64,000 nt of DNA from assembly GCA_029838195.1 (NCBI GenBank), contig JALGVJ010000007.1, positions 79,260 through 143,259 of the forward strand, given 5' to 3'. Made by a program: the position numbers and the translations under genes. The notes under the pieces are model-generated. The model did not search any database, had not been told where the DNA came from, and saw only the letters and a list, made by a program, of their open reading frames with translations. This stretch comes from Promethearchaeota archaeon. GTDB taxonomy: Archaea > Asgardarchaeota > Lokiarchaeia > Sigyniarchaeales > SOKP01. Below are positions 1-9,867 of the stretch, one piece after another (the first letter of the stretch is position 1; each line of letters starts with the position of its first letter).

Positions 1-1
1 T

Positions 2-2386
2 ACCTTTCAAACGGCTTTATTAAAAGAAACGGATTGGATTGGTAAATGGATAACTATAAAAGAAGTTTTGGAAAAATCTACAAGAAAAAAATTATTAAAA
101 TCTACAAAAGTCAAAGGTTTCTCGGGACGTATCAAGTTATTTCCCGCGTTTTATTTTAGAAAAGAGTTTTCTGTAGAAAAACCCATTAAAAAGGCGAAAT
201 TACACGTTTGCGGCTTAGGATATCACGAAGTACACGTAAATGGAAAAAAAATTGGGACTCATGTCCTTGATCCTGCTTGGATAGATTATGATAAACTGGC
301 GTTATACTCTACTTTTGAAATAACGGAAGAACTACAAGATAAAAATGCGATTGGGGTAATAGTGGGAAATGGTCGACAGCTATCTGCCTATGGCTATGAT
401 TTTCCTAAATTGATCCTTCAACTTCACGTAAAATTTTTGGATGGCTCCGAAATCCTCATCGCAACTGATGAAACGTGGAAAGTATCCATTTCAGGGCCAA
501 TTCGTGAAAATGGAATTTATTATGGGGAAAACTATGATGCTCGGTTAGAAATGCCCGGTTGGGATGAACTTGACTTCGATGACGGTTCTTGGGATTTTGC
601 CGTGCCCGTAAAAGGACCCAAATTAGCTGCTCAACTCATGCAGCCCATAGAAATTACCCACATCCTGCGACCTGAGAAAATGTTTAGCCCAAAACCCAGA
701 ATCTACATTTTTGATTTTGGACAAAATTTTACCGGGGTTGTTCGATTAAAAGTGAGAGGCCCCAGAGGTCAGCAAGTAAAAATCCGCCATGCAGAACTCC
801 TCAATAAAGATGGAACGTTAAACATGGGCACTATTCAAGAAGCTCGAGCCACGGATGTTTATACGCTCAAAGGAAATGGATTAGAAGTTTATCAACCACG
901 TTTTACGTATCATGGCTTTAGATATGTAGAAATCACGGGTTATCCTGGAATACCAAAATTAGAGGATATTGAAGGCCTTTTTTTCCATACAAACGTGCCT
1001 ATGATTGGCACCTTTCATTGCTCGGATCAATTGATCAATAAAATTCATGCAAATATAATTTGGGGTCAGTTAAGCAACTTGATGAGCATACCTACCGATT
1101 GTCCTCAGAGGGCTGAACGCCAAGGCTGGATGGGTGATGCCCAATTAACAGTAGAAGAAGCGATCTATAATTTTGACATGGCACGATTTTATACAAAATA
1201 TCTTCGTGACATTCAATTGTGTCAAAAAGAAGATGGAAGCATTTCTGACGTAGTACCTCCTTATTGGAAATTATATCCCGCAGATCCCGCATGGGGCTCG
1301 GCATATATTACTTTTGCTTGGTATTTATACTGGTATTATAATGATAAAGAAATCCTAAAAATGCATTATCCTTACTTGAAAAAGTATATAAATTTCTTGA
1401 CCGGTAAAGCCGAAAATCATCTTCTCTTGAATTTAAAAAAGTATGGCGATTGGTGTCCGCCCGGTTCCATCCACCCAAAGCGAACGCCCTTAGAGCTCAC
1501 GTCTTCTTGGTACTATTATCACGACACGCTATTATTATCAAAAATTTGTGAAATTTTGGGCCGTGAAAATGATCACGAGGAATTAAAAAACCTTGCGGAA
1601 GCCATTAAAAATGCTTTCAATCAACGCTTTTTAAGTTATGGGTATGAATCGAAGAAGATCTTTAAAGCCGAATTCACACCAAACCAAACATCAAATATTT
1701 TACCCCTCTATCTCGATATGGTTCCGGATAAGAAAAAAAAACAAGTCATTTTACTTTTATTAACTAGCCTTGAGAAAGACTGTGATTATCATGTTGACAC
1801 GGGGATTATTGGTACTCGCTATTTATTTGAAGTCCTATCGAAAATCGGGCGGGATGATGTTGCCTATAAAATAATCACGCAAGAAAGTTATCCCAGTTGG
1901 GGCTACATGATTAAAGAGGGTGCAACGACCTTATGGGAGCGATGGGAAAAATTAGGAGAGGGTGGAATGAATTCACATAATCACATCATGCTTGGAAGCA
2001 TCGATACGTGGTTTTACAAAACTTTGGCGGGAATCAGGGCAGCAGAACCCGGATGGAAGAGACTTGAGATAAAGCCCTATATTAATAATGAATTAACCCA
2101 TGTTTCTGCTTCCTTAAACACGTATCGTGGATATATTAGCGTGTCTTGGGAAAAAGTAGAAAATAGCGTGAAAATAACCCTTTTTATCCCCGTTAGTTGT
2201 AGCGCTATTTTATCAATTCCACGCATTCATGAGAACATGGTGATTAGAGAAGGAGAAGCAATTATATATGAAAAGGATTCCGTTCCAAATGAATCGAAGG
2301 GCATGAAATATAGAGATTTTGATGAGAAATACGTCCATTTTGAGGTGGGCTCGGGATTTTATCAAATCGTGGTGGAGAAAAAATAG
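2..2386 (+). CDS. alpha-L-rhamnosidase, GH78 family (5'-truncated by the window edge)
   Basis: Motifs PTDCPQRxERxGWxGD, GATTLWERW, SHNHxMLG and DFGQNF. The frame stays open upstream of 68 (TFQTALLKETDWIGKWI, a typical GH78 segment), so the gene starts before the window. Confidence 0.92.
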   Translation, partial: TFQTALLKETDWIGKWITIKEVLEKSTRKKLLKSTKVKGFSGRIKLFPAFYFRKEFSVEKPIKKAKLHVCGLGYHEVHVNGKKIGTHVLDPAWIDYDKLALYSTFEITEELQDKNAIGVIVGNGRQLSAYGYDFPKLILQLHVKFLDGSEILIATDETWKVSISGPIRENGIYYGENYDARLEMPGWDELDFDDGSWDFAVPVKGPKLAAQLMQPIEITHILRPEKMFSPKPRIYIFDFGQNFTGVVRLKVRGPRGQQVKIRHAELLNKDGTLNMGTIQEARATDVYTLKGNGLEVYQPRFTYHGFRYVEITGYPGIPKLEDIEGLFFHTNVPMIGTFHCSDQLINKIHANIIWGQLSNLMSIPTDCPQRAERQGWMGDAQLTVEEAIYNFDMARFYTKYLRDIQLCQKEDGSISDVVPPYWKLYPADPAWGSAYITFAWYLYWYYNDKEILKMHYPYLKKYINFLTGKAENHLLLNLKKYGDWCPPGSIHPKRTPLELTSSWYYYHDTLLLSKICEILGRENDHEELKNLAEAIKNAFNQRFLSYGYESKKIFKAEFTPNQTSNILPLYLDMVPDKKKKQVILLLLTSLEKDCDYHVDTGIIGTRYLFEVLSKIGRDDVAYKIITQESYPSWGYMIKEGATTLWERWEKLGEGGMNSHNHIMLGSIDTWFYKTLAGIRAAEPGWKRLEIKPYINNELTHVSASLNTYRGYISVSWEKVENSVKITLFIPVSCSAILSIPRIHENMVIREGEAIIYEKDSVPNESKGMKYRDFDEKYVHFEVGSGFYQIVVEKK

Positions 2387-2422
2387 TTAGAACGTTAATT
2401 TTTAAAAAATATTTTTTATTTT

Positions 2423-5131
2423 TTATCCAAAGGGATTCATGATTTCATAGGCCTGTTGGATCATTTTTTCTATTCTTTTTTCGCCTCTTTTTCCCAGCAT
2501 TTGTCGAAGAGTATCATACTCATGAGACTCGATGCCAAAATAATCTTGGGTTAGAGATTTTTCTCCTTTCAAGAGATTTGGCTTGAAAATATCGCCATTT
2601 AGGGCGGGAGGTCGTCCATGAGAGCAAGCATTAGTCCATGACTCATCATTAAAATCGAGCCGTGTCCATTCAAGAGTAGAAAAATATTTATCTTTACATC
2701 CTTTCCAGGAGCTATCTGAGCGTAGTTCCAGCATGGTGTCATCGTGGAGAAGAATTTGTCCATATACATTTATAGCTCCTTTATAATATTCAAAATTATA
2801 CGCTTCTATAGAAATTACATTCTTTCCTTCCTTCAAATGATTAGTTATATCAAAAACTCTAGTTCTATAGAGAATGGGAAGAATGGCAAATGTAGTTCTT
2901 CCCGAGACGCTTCCAATATACATGCCATTCACATGAATTTTCATGTGCGTACACGCAAGGCATTGGATCAATGCTTTTTTAATAGGTCGTTCAACATGGA
3001 ATGTTTTTCTAAAATAGCGCGGTTCAATGGGAGAAATTTTCTCATTTACCCAAATCCACTCAGAAGAAAGATAGGGGTCTTCATGCCAAGTGTTTTTGGC
3101 AAGTTGGTCTATCTTATTCTCATAGGCTCTAATTAAAAAATCAAATAATTCAAGATTGTAATCCAAGCAAGGTCTTTTTGCTTCCCTCAACCATAATCTT
3201 TCATATTCATTTTTTAACGAATTTATTTTTTCTTTCAGTTCATTGAGTTCAGAGATGAGCTGATTTTTTAAATCGACATTTTTTTTCATTTCTTCAATGG
3301 AATTTGATATTTTGAGCGATAAATTTACTTTTTCGGAATATACTCGTGCCATTTGGGCATTAAATTTAAGAATTTCATAGATATCTGATTCAAAATGAAT
3401 AGTGAATTTTAATTTTTCATGTAATTCAATGCATTTGAAAGCTGCATTACCCAGTTCTTCATGATTTTTAATGGGCGGGGAAAATTGTTCCGTAGGAAAG
3501 GGATGCTTGAAAAAATACGTGTAGAAAGAAATGAAAATGAATTCTGGTTCCACTTTAAAAAATGAGTTTAAATCATCTAAACCCAGCAGCAAATTTGAGA
3601 AATCCTCTAAAGATTCTTTTCTTATTCCATGATAGAGAAATCCGTATTTATTCAAAAAATCTTCATAATTAAAGCCCTCTACCGTCCATGACACGGCTCC
3701 CGTCAATATACCACCGAGATATTCCACCCCTCTTAGAGTATAATATCGATAATCTCCCCAATTGGATGTTAGCAACCCCAAACATCCTTTATCCTTATTT
3801 TCCTTAGCCTCTCGTGCCATGTTCATGATATTAATGCTTGCATTTCTATAATTAGGAAAGATTCTCTGCCAATTTAGCATGGACGGGCTTGCTATGACTT
3901 TGAAGCCTTTTTTCACGTACTCTTGGATTTTTGGATACTTCTCTTTTGGAGCATAATCCCAATACATTAATATGATATCCTTGTTCATTTTTTCTATAAT
4001 TTCCTTGTCATCTCTAATAAAATCCTCATACATGATGACATGCATGTTTCCATGCTTCCGAGCGATTTGATATACTTTTTCATAATGATATAGTAAGGCC
4101 AACTTGCCTTGAGATTCAAATAATTGTTTTGAACGATATTTTCCAATATCGAACGTCTCATCACAGCCCACATGAAAATATTTAGTGGATAAGCACTTGC
4201 TAAGTTCTGCGATATAATCATTTAATAGATCGTACACCCGGGGATTGGAGATGTTAAAACATTTGGCTCCTGGAAATTCTCCCAATGGTTCATAGTTTTC
4301 ATGTATTAAAATATTATCCACGTGGCCGAGACATTGAAAGATGGGCACTAATTCAATGAATCTCTTTTTTGCAAATTCATCCAATTCTCTTAATTCTTCT
4401 GGTGTTAATGCACCTCTTTTCTTCCCTATATCAGGGTGGAGCGGATGAGCAAACATGTCTTCTAAGTAGAGGAAATAAAAATTAATTTTATAATGACTTA
4501 ATAGTTTCATGTATCGTTTTGCTGATTCAATCGTGAATATTTGTCCCCGTGCGATATCGTCAGTGATGCCTCGCATTTTTAGATCCGGATAATCCTCGAT
4601 TCGAAGGTTAGGAATAGATAAGGCATTTGGAACCTCTTTCGTCCTCTCCTCTTCCTTGAGATTCAAATAACTATTTTTAATTATTTGAATTAACGTCTGA
4701 ACGCCGTAAAATAATCCCTTTTCGTAGGGAGATTGAATGATTATTAAATCCTTTTGTATTACAAGAGCATGTGCCTCCTCATCTTTTTCTTGAAATTGGA
4801 AGTCATTTCCCCGAGTTTCCAAGATGATTCTATCCTCCTCAGAAAGTGGGGCGAATTTTATCCGGAAAGAAGAAATTGCTTTTAGAAAATCATTTATTTC
4901 TCTCAATAAAAACATGAAATACTCGTGTTCTATATTAAAAGGCGATGCCTGACAGTCTGAGGACATCAATGACCCAACTCCCTCATTCAAAAACGAAATT
5001 TTCTTGGGCCGGGGTAATAGTATAGGGAATTCTTCAAAATGATCATCTATTGGAGTTAAATTTTTAATTACAAATCTTTTTATCATGAACTCCCACTCAT
5101 AAATGTTGAATGTATTAATTATAAAAGTCAA
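2423..5131 (-). CDS. GH20 beta-N-acetylhexosaminidase-like protein with C-terminal beta-sandwich domain
   Basis: DYPDLKMRG, GLFYGVQTL, catalytic HVGCDE and LTSNWGD. The C-terminal YFRKTF...NG domain is galactose-binding-like. The true start may be one of the downstream Met codons. Confidence 0.85.
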   Translation of the reverse strand: MTFIINTFNIYEWEFMIKRFVIKNLTPIDDHFEEFPILLPRPKKISFLNEGVGSLMSSDCQASPFNIEHEYFMFLLREINDFLKAISSFRIKFAPLSEEDRIILETRGNDFQFQEKDEEAHALVIQKDLIIIQSPYEKGLFYGVQTLIQIIKNSYLNLKEEERTKEVPNALSIPNLRIEDYPDLKMRGITDDIARGQIFTIESAKRYMKLLSHYKINFYFLYLEDMFAHPLHPDIGKKRGALTPEELRELDEFAKKRFIELVPIFQCLGHVDNILIHENYEPLGEFPGAKCFNISNPRVYDLLNDYIAELSKCLSTKYFHVGCDETFDIGKYRSKQLFESQGKLALLYHYEKVYQIARKHGNMHVIMYEDFIRDDKEIIEKMNKDIILMYWDYAPKEKYPKIQEYVKKGFKVIASPSMLNWQRIFPNYRNASINIMNMAREAKENKDKGCLGLLTSNWGDYRYYTLRGVEYLGGILTGAVSWTVEGFNYEDFLNKYGFLYHGIRKESLEDFSNLLLGLDDLNSFFKVEPEFIFISFYTYFFKHPFPTEQFSPPIKNHEELGNAAFKCIELHEKLKFTIHFESDIYEILKFNAQMARVYSEKVNLSLKISNSIEEMKKNVDLKNQLISELNELKEKINSLKNEYERLWLREAKRPCLDYNLELFDFLIRAYENKIDQLAKNTWHEDPYLSSEWIWVNEKISPIEPRYFRKTFHVERPIKKALIQCLACTHMKIHVNGMYIGSVSGRTTFAILPILYRTRVFDITNHLKEGKNVISIEAYNFEYYKGAINVYGQILLHDDTMLELRSDSSWKGCKDKYFSTLEWTRLDFNDESWTNACSHGRPPALNGDIFKPNLLKGEKSLTQDYFGIESHEYDTLRQMLGKRGEKRIEKMIQQAYEIMNPFG

Positions 5132-5266
5132 GCGGTAATAAAAGTTTTAATAGAAAAAATAAAATGTCAAAATAGAATAGAACATGTTTATTAAAAAAAG
5201 CACTCTCAAGGTCTCACGATTTAAATATCATTAAAAAAGACAAGAAAAAAAATTGGCGGAGATTCT

Positions 5267-5950
5267 TCATGGGGGTTTAGAACTGGTTAAGAGTCTCATG
5301 ATATAATCAGCCACCCCTTCGATTGAATCTGAGATTGCTTCAATTATATCCATCGTATTGCCTACAGTGAAAATTGTAAAGGCATTCACGTGGAATTCCG
5401 TTTCTTGAAAACTCTTTCGGAGGGCAATATTTAATATATCTATTTCGTGTTCAATGCTATTAATCTCTCTTGCATAATCTTTTACATTTTTTCTTTCGCC
5501 AAGTAAGTCCATTACAATTTTATCGAGAAATTCCACACATTTTTCGGTTTTCGCCATCATCTCTAAGATAATTGATTTGCTTTCTTCGCTACATTCCTCC
5601 CAAAATTTAAAAGGAATGGTATTTATTCTACGGGCTACTCCTGTAGCACAATCCGCCACTCCATCTTGCCTTCTAATTAAATGAGAAAGGTCCATTCGGA
5701 CACTGGAGGATAATTCTCCCGAAGAGATTTCTTTTTGTATTTTCCTTCTAAGTTCATCGGCTTCTTTCTCAATTTTATCAACAATTTTAAATTTTTGATG
5801 GGCCTCTTCCACTTTCTTATCCTTAATGAGGAGCTGAATTCCTATATTTAGTTCCCGCACACAATCTTGAACTTTTTTAGCGTGAGAAATAGATTTCTCT
5901 AGTACAGAGGCCGCTGTTTTTAATTTAAAATATTCTATAAGTGACCCCAT
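5267..5950 (-). CDS. DUF47/PhoU-like phosphate transport regulator
   Basis: IEKEADELRR, QDGVAD and IEHEID helical repeats; directly downstream of the PiT gene. Confidence 0.85.
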   Translation of the reverse strand: MGSLIEYFKLKTAASVLEKSISHAKKVQDCVRELNIGIQLLIKDKKVEEAHQKFKIVDKIEKEADELRRKIQKEISSGELSSSVRMDLSHLIRRQDGVADCATGVARRINTIPFKFWEECSEESKSIILEMMAKTEKCVEFLDKIVMDLLGERKNVKDYAREINSIEHEIDILNIALRKSFQETEFHVNAFTIFTVGNTMDIIEAISDSIEGVADYIMRLLTSSKPP

Positions 5951-6027
5951 TGTTTTTCTTATTTTTCTTTCTTTAGCATGTATTTCATTACTTTTCTATA
6001 TATTATTTCATTCTAAATAAGTTTAAC

Positions 6028-7056
6028 TTAAAAAAAGCCATTAAGGAGAAACATGTAATAAATAACTCCCGCAAATAGAGCGGCCATGGGAAATGTAAGT
6101 ACCCAAAACACAGCCATTTTTGCAAATCCTTTATAATCAACTTCCTTCTTTTGTGCAATATTCATCCCTAAAATACAGAATACAATTACATGACTATGAG
6201 AAATAGGAAGCCCCAAAAACGTGCAAATCATGAGGATAATAGCAGAAGATAATTGAATAATGAACCCTTCACTAGGACGGGCTTCGGTCATGTGAGAGGC
6301 TAAATTTTTTATAACAAATCGTCCAACTAAAAAAATCCCTAAAAAAACAAAAATTCCACAAATTACCACGTAAAATTGATATTCTCCCCATGTTAATGAT
6401 TCATTATTATAGAGACCATAAAAAATGCCAATGCATTCTGCAGAGTTACCCCCCACCCAGATTTCAGCAAATATTACCGCTAAAAAGAGCAACCAATTAA
6501 ATCTTTTTTCACTTTTTTCGATCATAGTTAATCCTTTTAACCGGGAAAGGATCAATTTGGCAATGATCTTGAAAAGGATAAATGTTATTAATAATCCGAA
6601 CAAGGGTGATAAGAACCATCCAATTACTACATTCAAAAGTTTTGTATAATTAAATGCTTGTTCAATCCTCAAATCTTTATAAAATAAAGCATAAACGATA
6701 ACAACTCCGAATATGCTTCCAACAGTGCTATGCGTAGAGGATAAAGGAATTCCCGAGAGACTTCCAATAATTAACCATAAAATAGAACTAATTAATACTG
6801 CCAATAACATGAAAGTCGTGTATTTGATACCAGGTCCTAAAATATCCGCGCCTACTGTTTTCCCCACGCCTCTACTAAAAAAAATCATTCCAAAACCGGC
6901 AGCCAACCCACCTAATAAAAGAGCCGTTCGAAATTTAATTACACCAGAGCCTACTAATGGAGCGAGAGTTTCATCATTGGCACCTATGGAAAAAGCAAGA
7001 GATATGCCCATTACAATTAGAACTTGAATTAGAATTAATGTAAGTTGATCAGCCAT
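6028..7056 (-). CDS. pit: PiT-family inorganic phosphate transporter
   Basis: GAND signature, GIPLSSTHSTVGSIFG and GLPISHSH motifs; multiple TM helices. Confidence 0.9.
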   Translation of the reverse strand: MADQLTLILIQVLIVMGISLAFSIGANDETLAPLVGSGVIKFRTALLLGGLAAGFGMIFFSRGVGKTVGADILGPGIKYTTFMLLAVLISSILWLIIGSLSGIPLSSTHSTVGSIFGVVIVYALFYKDLRIEQAFNYTKLLNVVIGWFLSPLFGLLITFILFKIIAKLILSRLKGLTMIEKSEKRFNWLLFLAVIFAEIWVGGNSAECIGIFYGLYNNESLTWGEYQFYVVICGIFVFLGIFLVGRFVIKNLASHMTEARPSEGFIIQLSSAIILMICTFLGLPISHSHVIVFCILGMNIAQKKEVDYKGFAKMAVFWVLTFPMAALFAGVIYYMFLLNGFF

Positions 7057-7078
7057 CGTTTATCTCTTAAAAAATAAT

Positions 7079-7741
7079 TCATTCAAAAATCAAGTATTTT
7101 GTTGCAAGAAATTGAATGTATTCTGAAAAATTCTTTAAGTGATCTGCCAGCATCATTATTCCTTCAATGAATTCTTTAAGATATAAAAAAGTTCTGGAAA
7201 GATAATCCATATCGTAATTCCAGAGAGTGGTCAAGAGTTTCCATTCTGCTTTCCTCATCCGCCTTCTTTCTTCTTTAATATTTTCACAGAGATCCCGAGA
7301 TTTACTCAAATCCGTAGAAATAAACTTGATCGCTTCCGTAATGTTCATGGAAAGCATTTTAAGAGATTTTAAAATGTTTTGAACTTGAAGCTTAAAATTT
7401 TCATCCGGAAAAATGACTCTATATATTAATAATTTATGAGCTAAATATTCTCCAATATTTTTAGTATCATTAATTTTTCTAAAGACTTTTAACCTATCCG
7501 CCTTCGAAAACATTAACTTAGTTTTAAAAATTTTTGATTCAAAAGTTTTTTTTATCTCTTCTTCTTTTGCGGTTTCTATTACGGACTTTAAACTTTTTTC
7601 AAAATTGTCAAAATCCTCTTCCACCAAATATTCAATTCCTTGAATGAGGAGTAAATTTTGGTCATTTATAAACTCGGCAAATAATTCTGTAAGTTCATCA
7701 ACATTTAATTTTTTGAGATCTAGCGTCTCTAATTTATTCAT
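7079..7741 (-). CDS. divergent DUF47/PhoU-like helical protein
   Basis: All-helical, about 220 aa, similar layout to the downstream DUF47 protein; first gene of the pit operon. Confidence 0.55.
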   Translation of the reverse strand: MNKLETLDLKKLNVDELTELFAEFINDQNLLLIQGIEYLVEEDFDNFEKSLKSVIETAKEEEIKKTFESKIFKTKLMFSKADRLKVFRKINDTKNIGEYLAHKLLIYRVIFPDENFKLQVQNILKSLKMLSMNITEAIKFISTDLSKSRDLCENIKEERRRMRKAEWKLLTTLWNYDMDYLSRTFLYLKEFIEGIMMLADHLKNFSEYIQFLATKYLIFE

Positions 7742-8094
7742 GATAAGAACAGTATTTTTATTTTTATTTTTATTTTTTAATTTTAAAGACCCACGTGTTT
7801 AAAAATCATTTATTTTTTAAATTGTTTATAATTTTGAATTTCAATTATTAGTGCACATTAATAAACTACAAGTTTTTGAAAAAACATTTAATTCAGCTTG
7901 AGGATTAGTACAAGCATGGTTTCTTGCTTCTTAAAACTCAAATCCAGAATATTGAAAAACTCTTGAGGCAAATATAAGAAACATGTTTCTCTTTTCGTCC
8001 AATTTTACAAGGAAACCCTAGATTCACATTTAATCATGAAAATAATAAAGAAAGATCCGTGAATAATTAAAAAAAAATATGTAATAAGTTAAAA

Positions 8095-9510
8095 TTAAAG
8101 AGCTGGACGCTTATCTTGCCACGGTGCTAACTTTTCGAATGCTCTGGAAACTTGAAGCACCAGTAAATCTTGAAAACGATTACCGATTATTTGCATGCCA
8201 ATAGGTAATCCTTCTTTTGACCAGCCACAGGGAATGGATGCAGCAGGCAACCATGTAAGATTTAAGGGAAAAGAAAAGGCCTGCCAAGCTGTTGGAGAGA
8301 CATTTTTTCCATTGATTTGAGGGGGAAACATCAGCCCTAATTTGAATGCAGGAATGGCAGTCATCGGAGTTATGAGAATATCAATTTCTTTAAAAATTTG
8401 ATAAAAGGTTTTATATATTTCTTTTCTCTGATTTAGCGCTCGCATTATGGCCATTCCATCATAGCCTAATCCAGCCTCTACCAATTTAATTAATTCCGGA
8501 TCTAATTTATCTCGCCATTCATTAAGCTTAGGTTTTAAATCATAAGCTAACATTGACGTCCAAAGGGTATAAAAACATAATTCCGGTTTTCGTAATTTCA
8601 TCTTAATCTCTTCTACAGTCCAGTTCAATTGTTCCAATTTTTTTACTGAATTCAATACGGCTTCTTTAACTTCCTCATCTACGACTTTAGCATATCCTAA
8701 ATTCATGGAAAATCCAATCTTAAGCTTTTTGGGTGTTTCTTCAATTTTATCGAAATAGTTGATGGGATCGGCCGGAAGAGAATATCTATCTCCGTGATGA
8801 GATCCTTTCATGGCATCTAACATGAGAGCTGCATCTTTCACGTATCTGACGATGGGGCCAATGTGAGAGAGCGTGTGTCCCATGAAATAAACACTGGGAT
8901 AAACGGAAACACGCCCGAAACTTGGTTTTAGACCATATAGTCCACAGAAACAAGCAGGGATTCGAATAGAGCCTCCTCCGTCTGAACCTTGTGCCAAAGG
9001 ACTCATTCCTGCAGCTACGGCAGAGGCGGCCCCACCACTGGAGCCTCCAGAAGTACGAGTAAGATCCCATGGATTTTTCGTTGTTCCAAATAGATAATTA
9101 TCTGTGACTCCTTTAAATCCAAATTCTGGCGTGTTGGTTTTTCCTAGTAGTACGATACCCGCATCTTTTAACCGAGAAACATAAACCGTATCTTCCGTTG
9201 GCATAAAATTTTCATAAATTTTTGATCCAAAAGTAGTTCGTATTCCTTTTGTCAAGGCCAAATCCTTAATTGATGTGGGGATTCCGTTGAGGATTCCAAT
9301 TTTTTCTCCCTTTTTTACTTTTTCATCCGCAGTTTTAGCCATTTCTCTTGCCAAATCGAAAGTTGGAGTACAATAGGAATTCAAAAGGGGATTATATTTT
9401 TCAATGCGTTCAATGATGATTTCTGTGAGTTCTTGTGACAATAGCTCTTGAGTCTCGATTTTTTCTTTCATTTTCCAAGCGGGTAAAAAACAAATATCTT
9501 CTTTACTCAT
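8095..9510 (-). CDS. amidase signature family enzyme
   Basis: [23 protein letters not shown] and [12 protein letters not shown] catalytic motifs. Confidence 0.93.
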   Translation of the reverse strand: MSKEDICFLPAWKMKEKIETQELLSQELTEIIIERIEKYNPLLNSYCTPTFDLAREMAKTADEKVKKGEKIGILNGIPTSIKDLALTKGIRTTFGSKIYENFMPTEDTVYVSRLKDAGIVLLGKTNTPEFGFKGVTDNYLFGTTKNPWDLTRTSGGSSGGAASAVAAGMSPLAQGSDGGGSIRIPACFCGLYGLKPSFGRVSVYPSVYFMGHTLSHIGPIVRYVKDAALMLDAMKGSHHGDRYSLPADPINYFDKIEETPKKLKIGFSMNLGYAKVVDEEVKEAVLNSVKKLEQLNWTVEEIKMKLRKPELCFYTLWTSMLAYDLKPKLNEWRDKLDPELIKLVEAGLGYDGMAIMRALNQRKEIYKTFYQIFKEIDILITPMTAIPAFKLGLMFPPQINGKNVSPTAWQAFSFPLNLTWLPAASIPCGWSKEGLPIGMQIIGNRFQDLLVLQVSRAFEKLAPWQDKRPAL

Positions 9511-9867
9511 TTACTTTTTTTTCCTCCATTTTTTAATATTATGGGAGAATGATAATTGACCGAGAAGTTTTTAGATTTATAGTATTAAGCACGTCTTCGC
9601 TTAAAAATATCATGTAGTTAAATCTAAATTATTTAGAAATTATTTAAATTTACGCATAAATATTCCAATCAATTACGTGCATAAATTTTATTAGAAAGCG
9701 AAAGATTTCTGGTGATTAACTTTTTGTTTTAAAATTAACGAAAATTTAAAAAATAAAAAAAATTCTTTACAAACTAAAGTTCGCTTCTAATCACTAAAAT
9801 TTTTTCCTTTAATTATAAGATGGATTATATCAAGGGAAAAAGAAAATAAATAAATCTTCAACTGCTT

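Noticed and set aside
8095-9510. gatA (Glu-tRNA amidotransferase subunit A)
   Set aside because: It lacks the GatA-specific RYDG/GxEVKRRI region and has no gatB/gatC neighbours; called a generic amidase.
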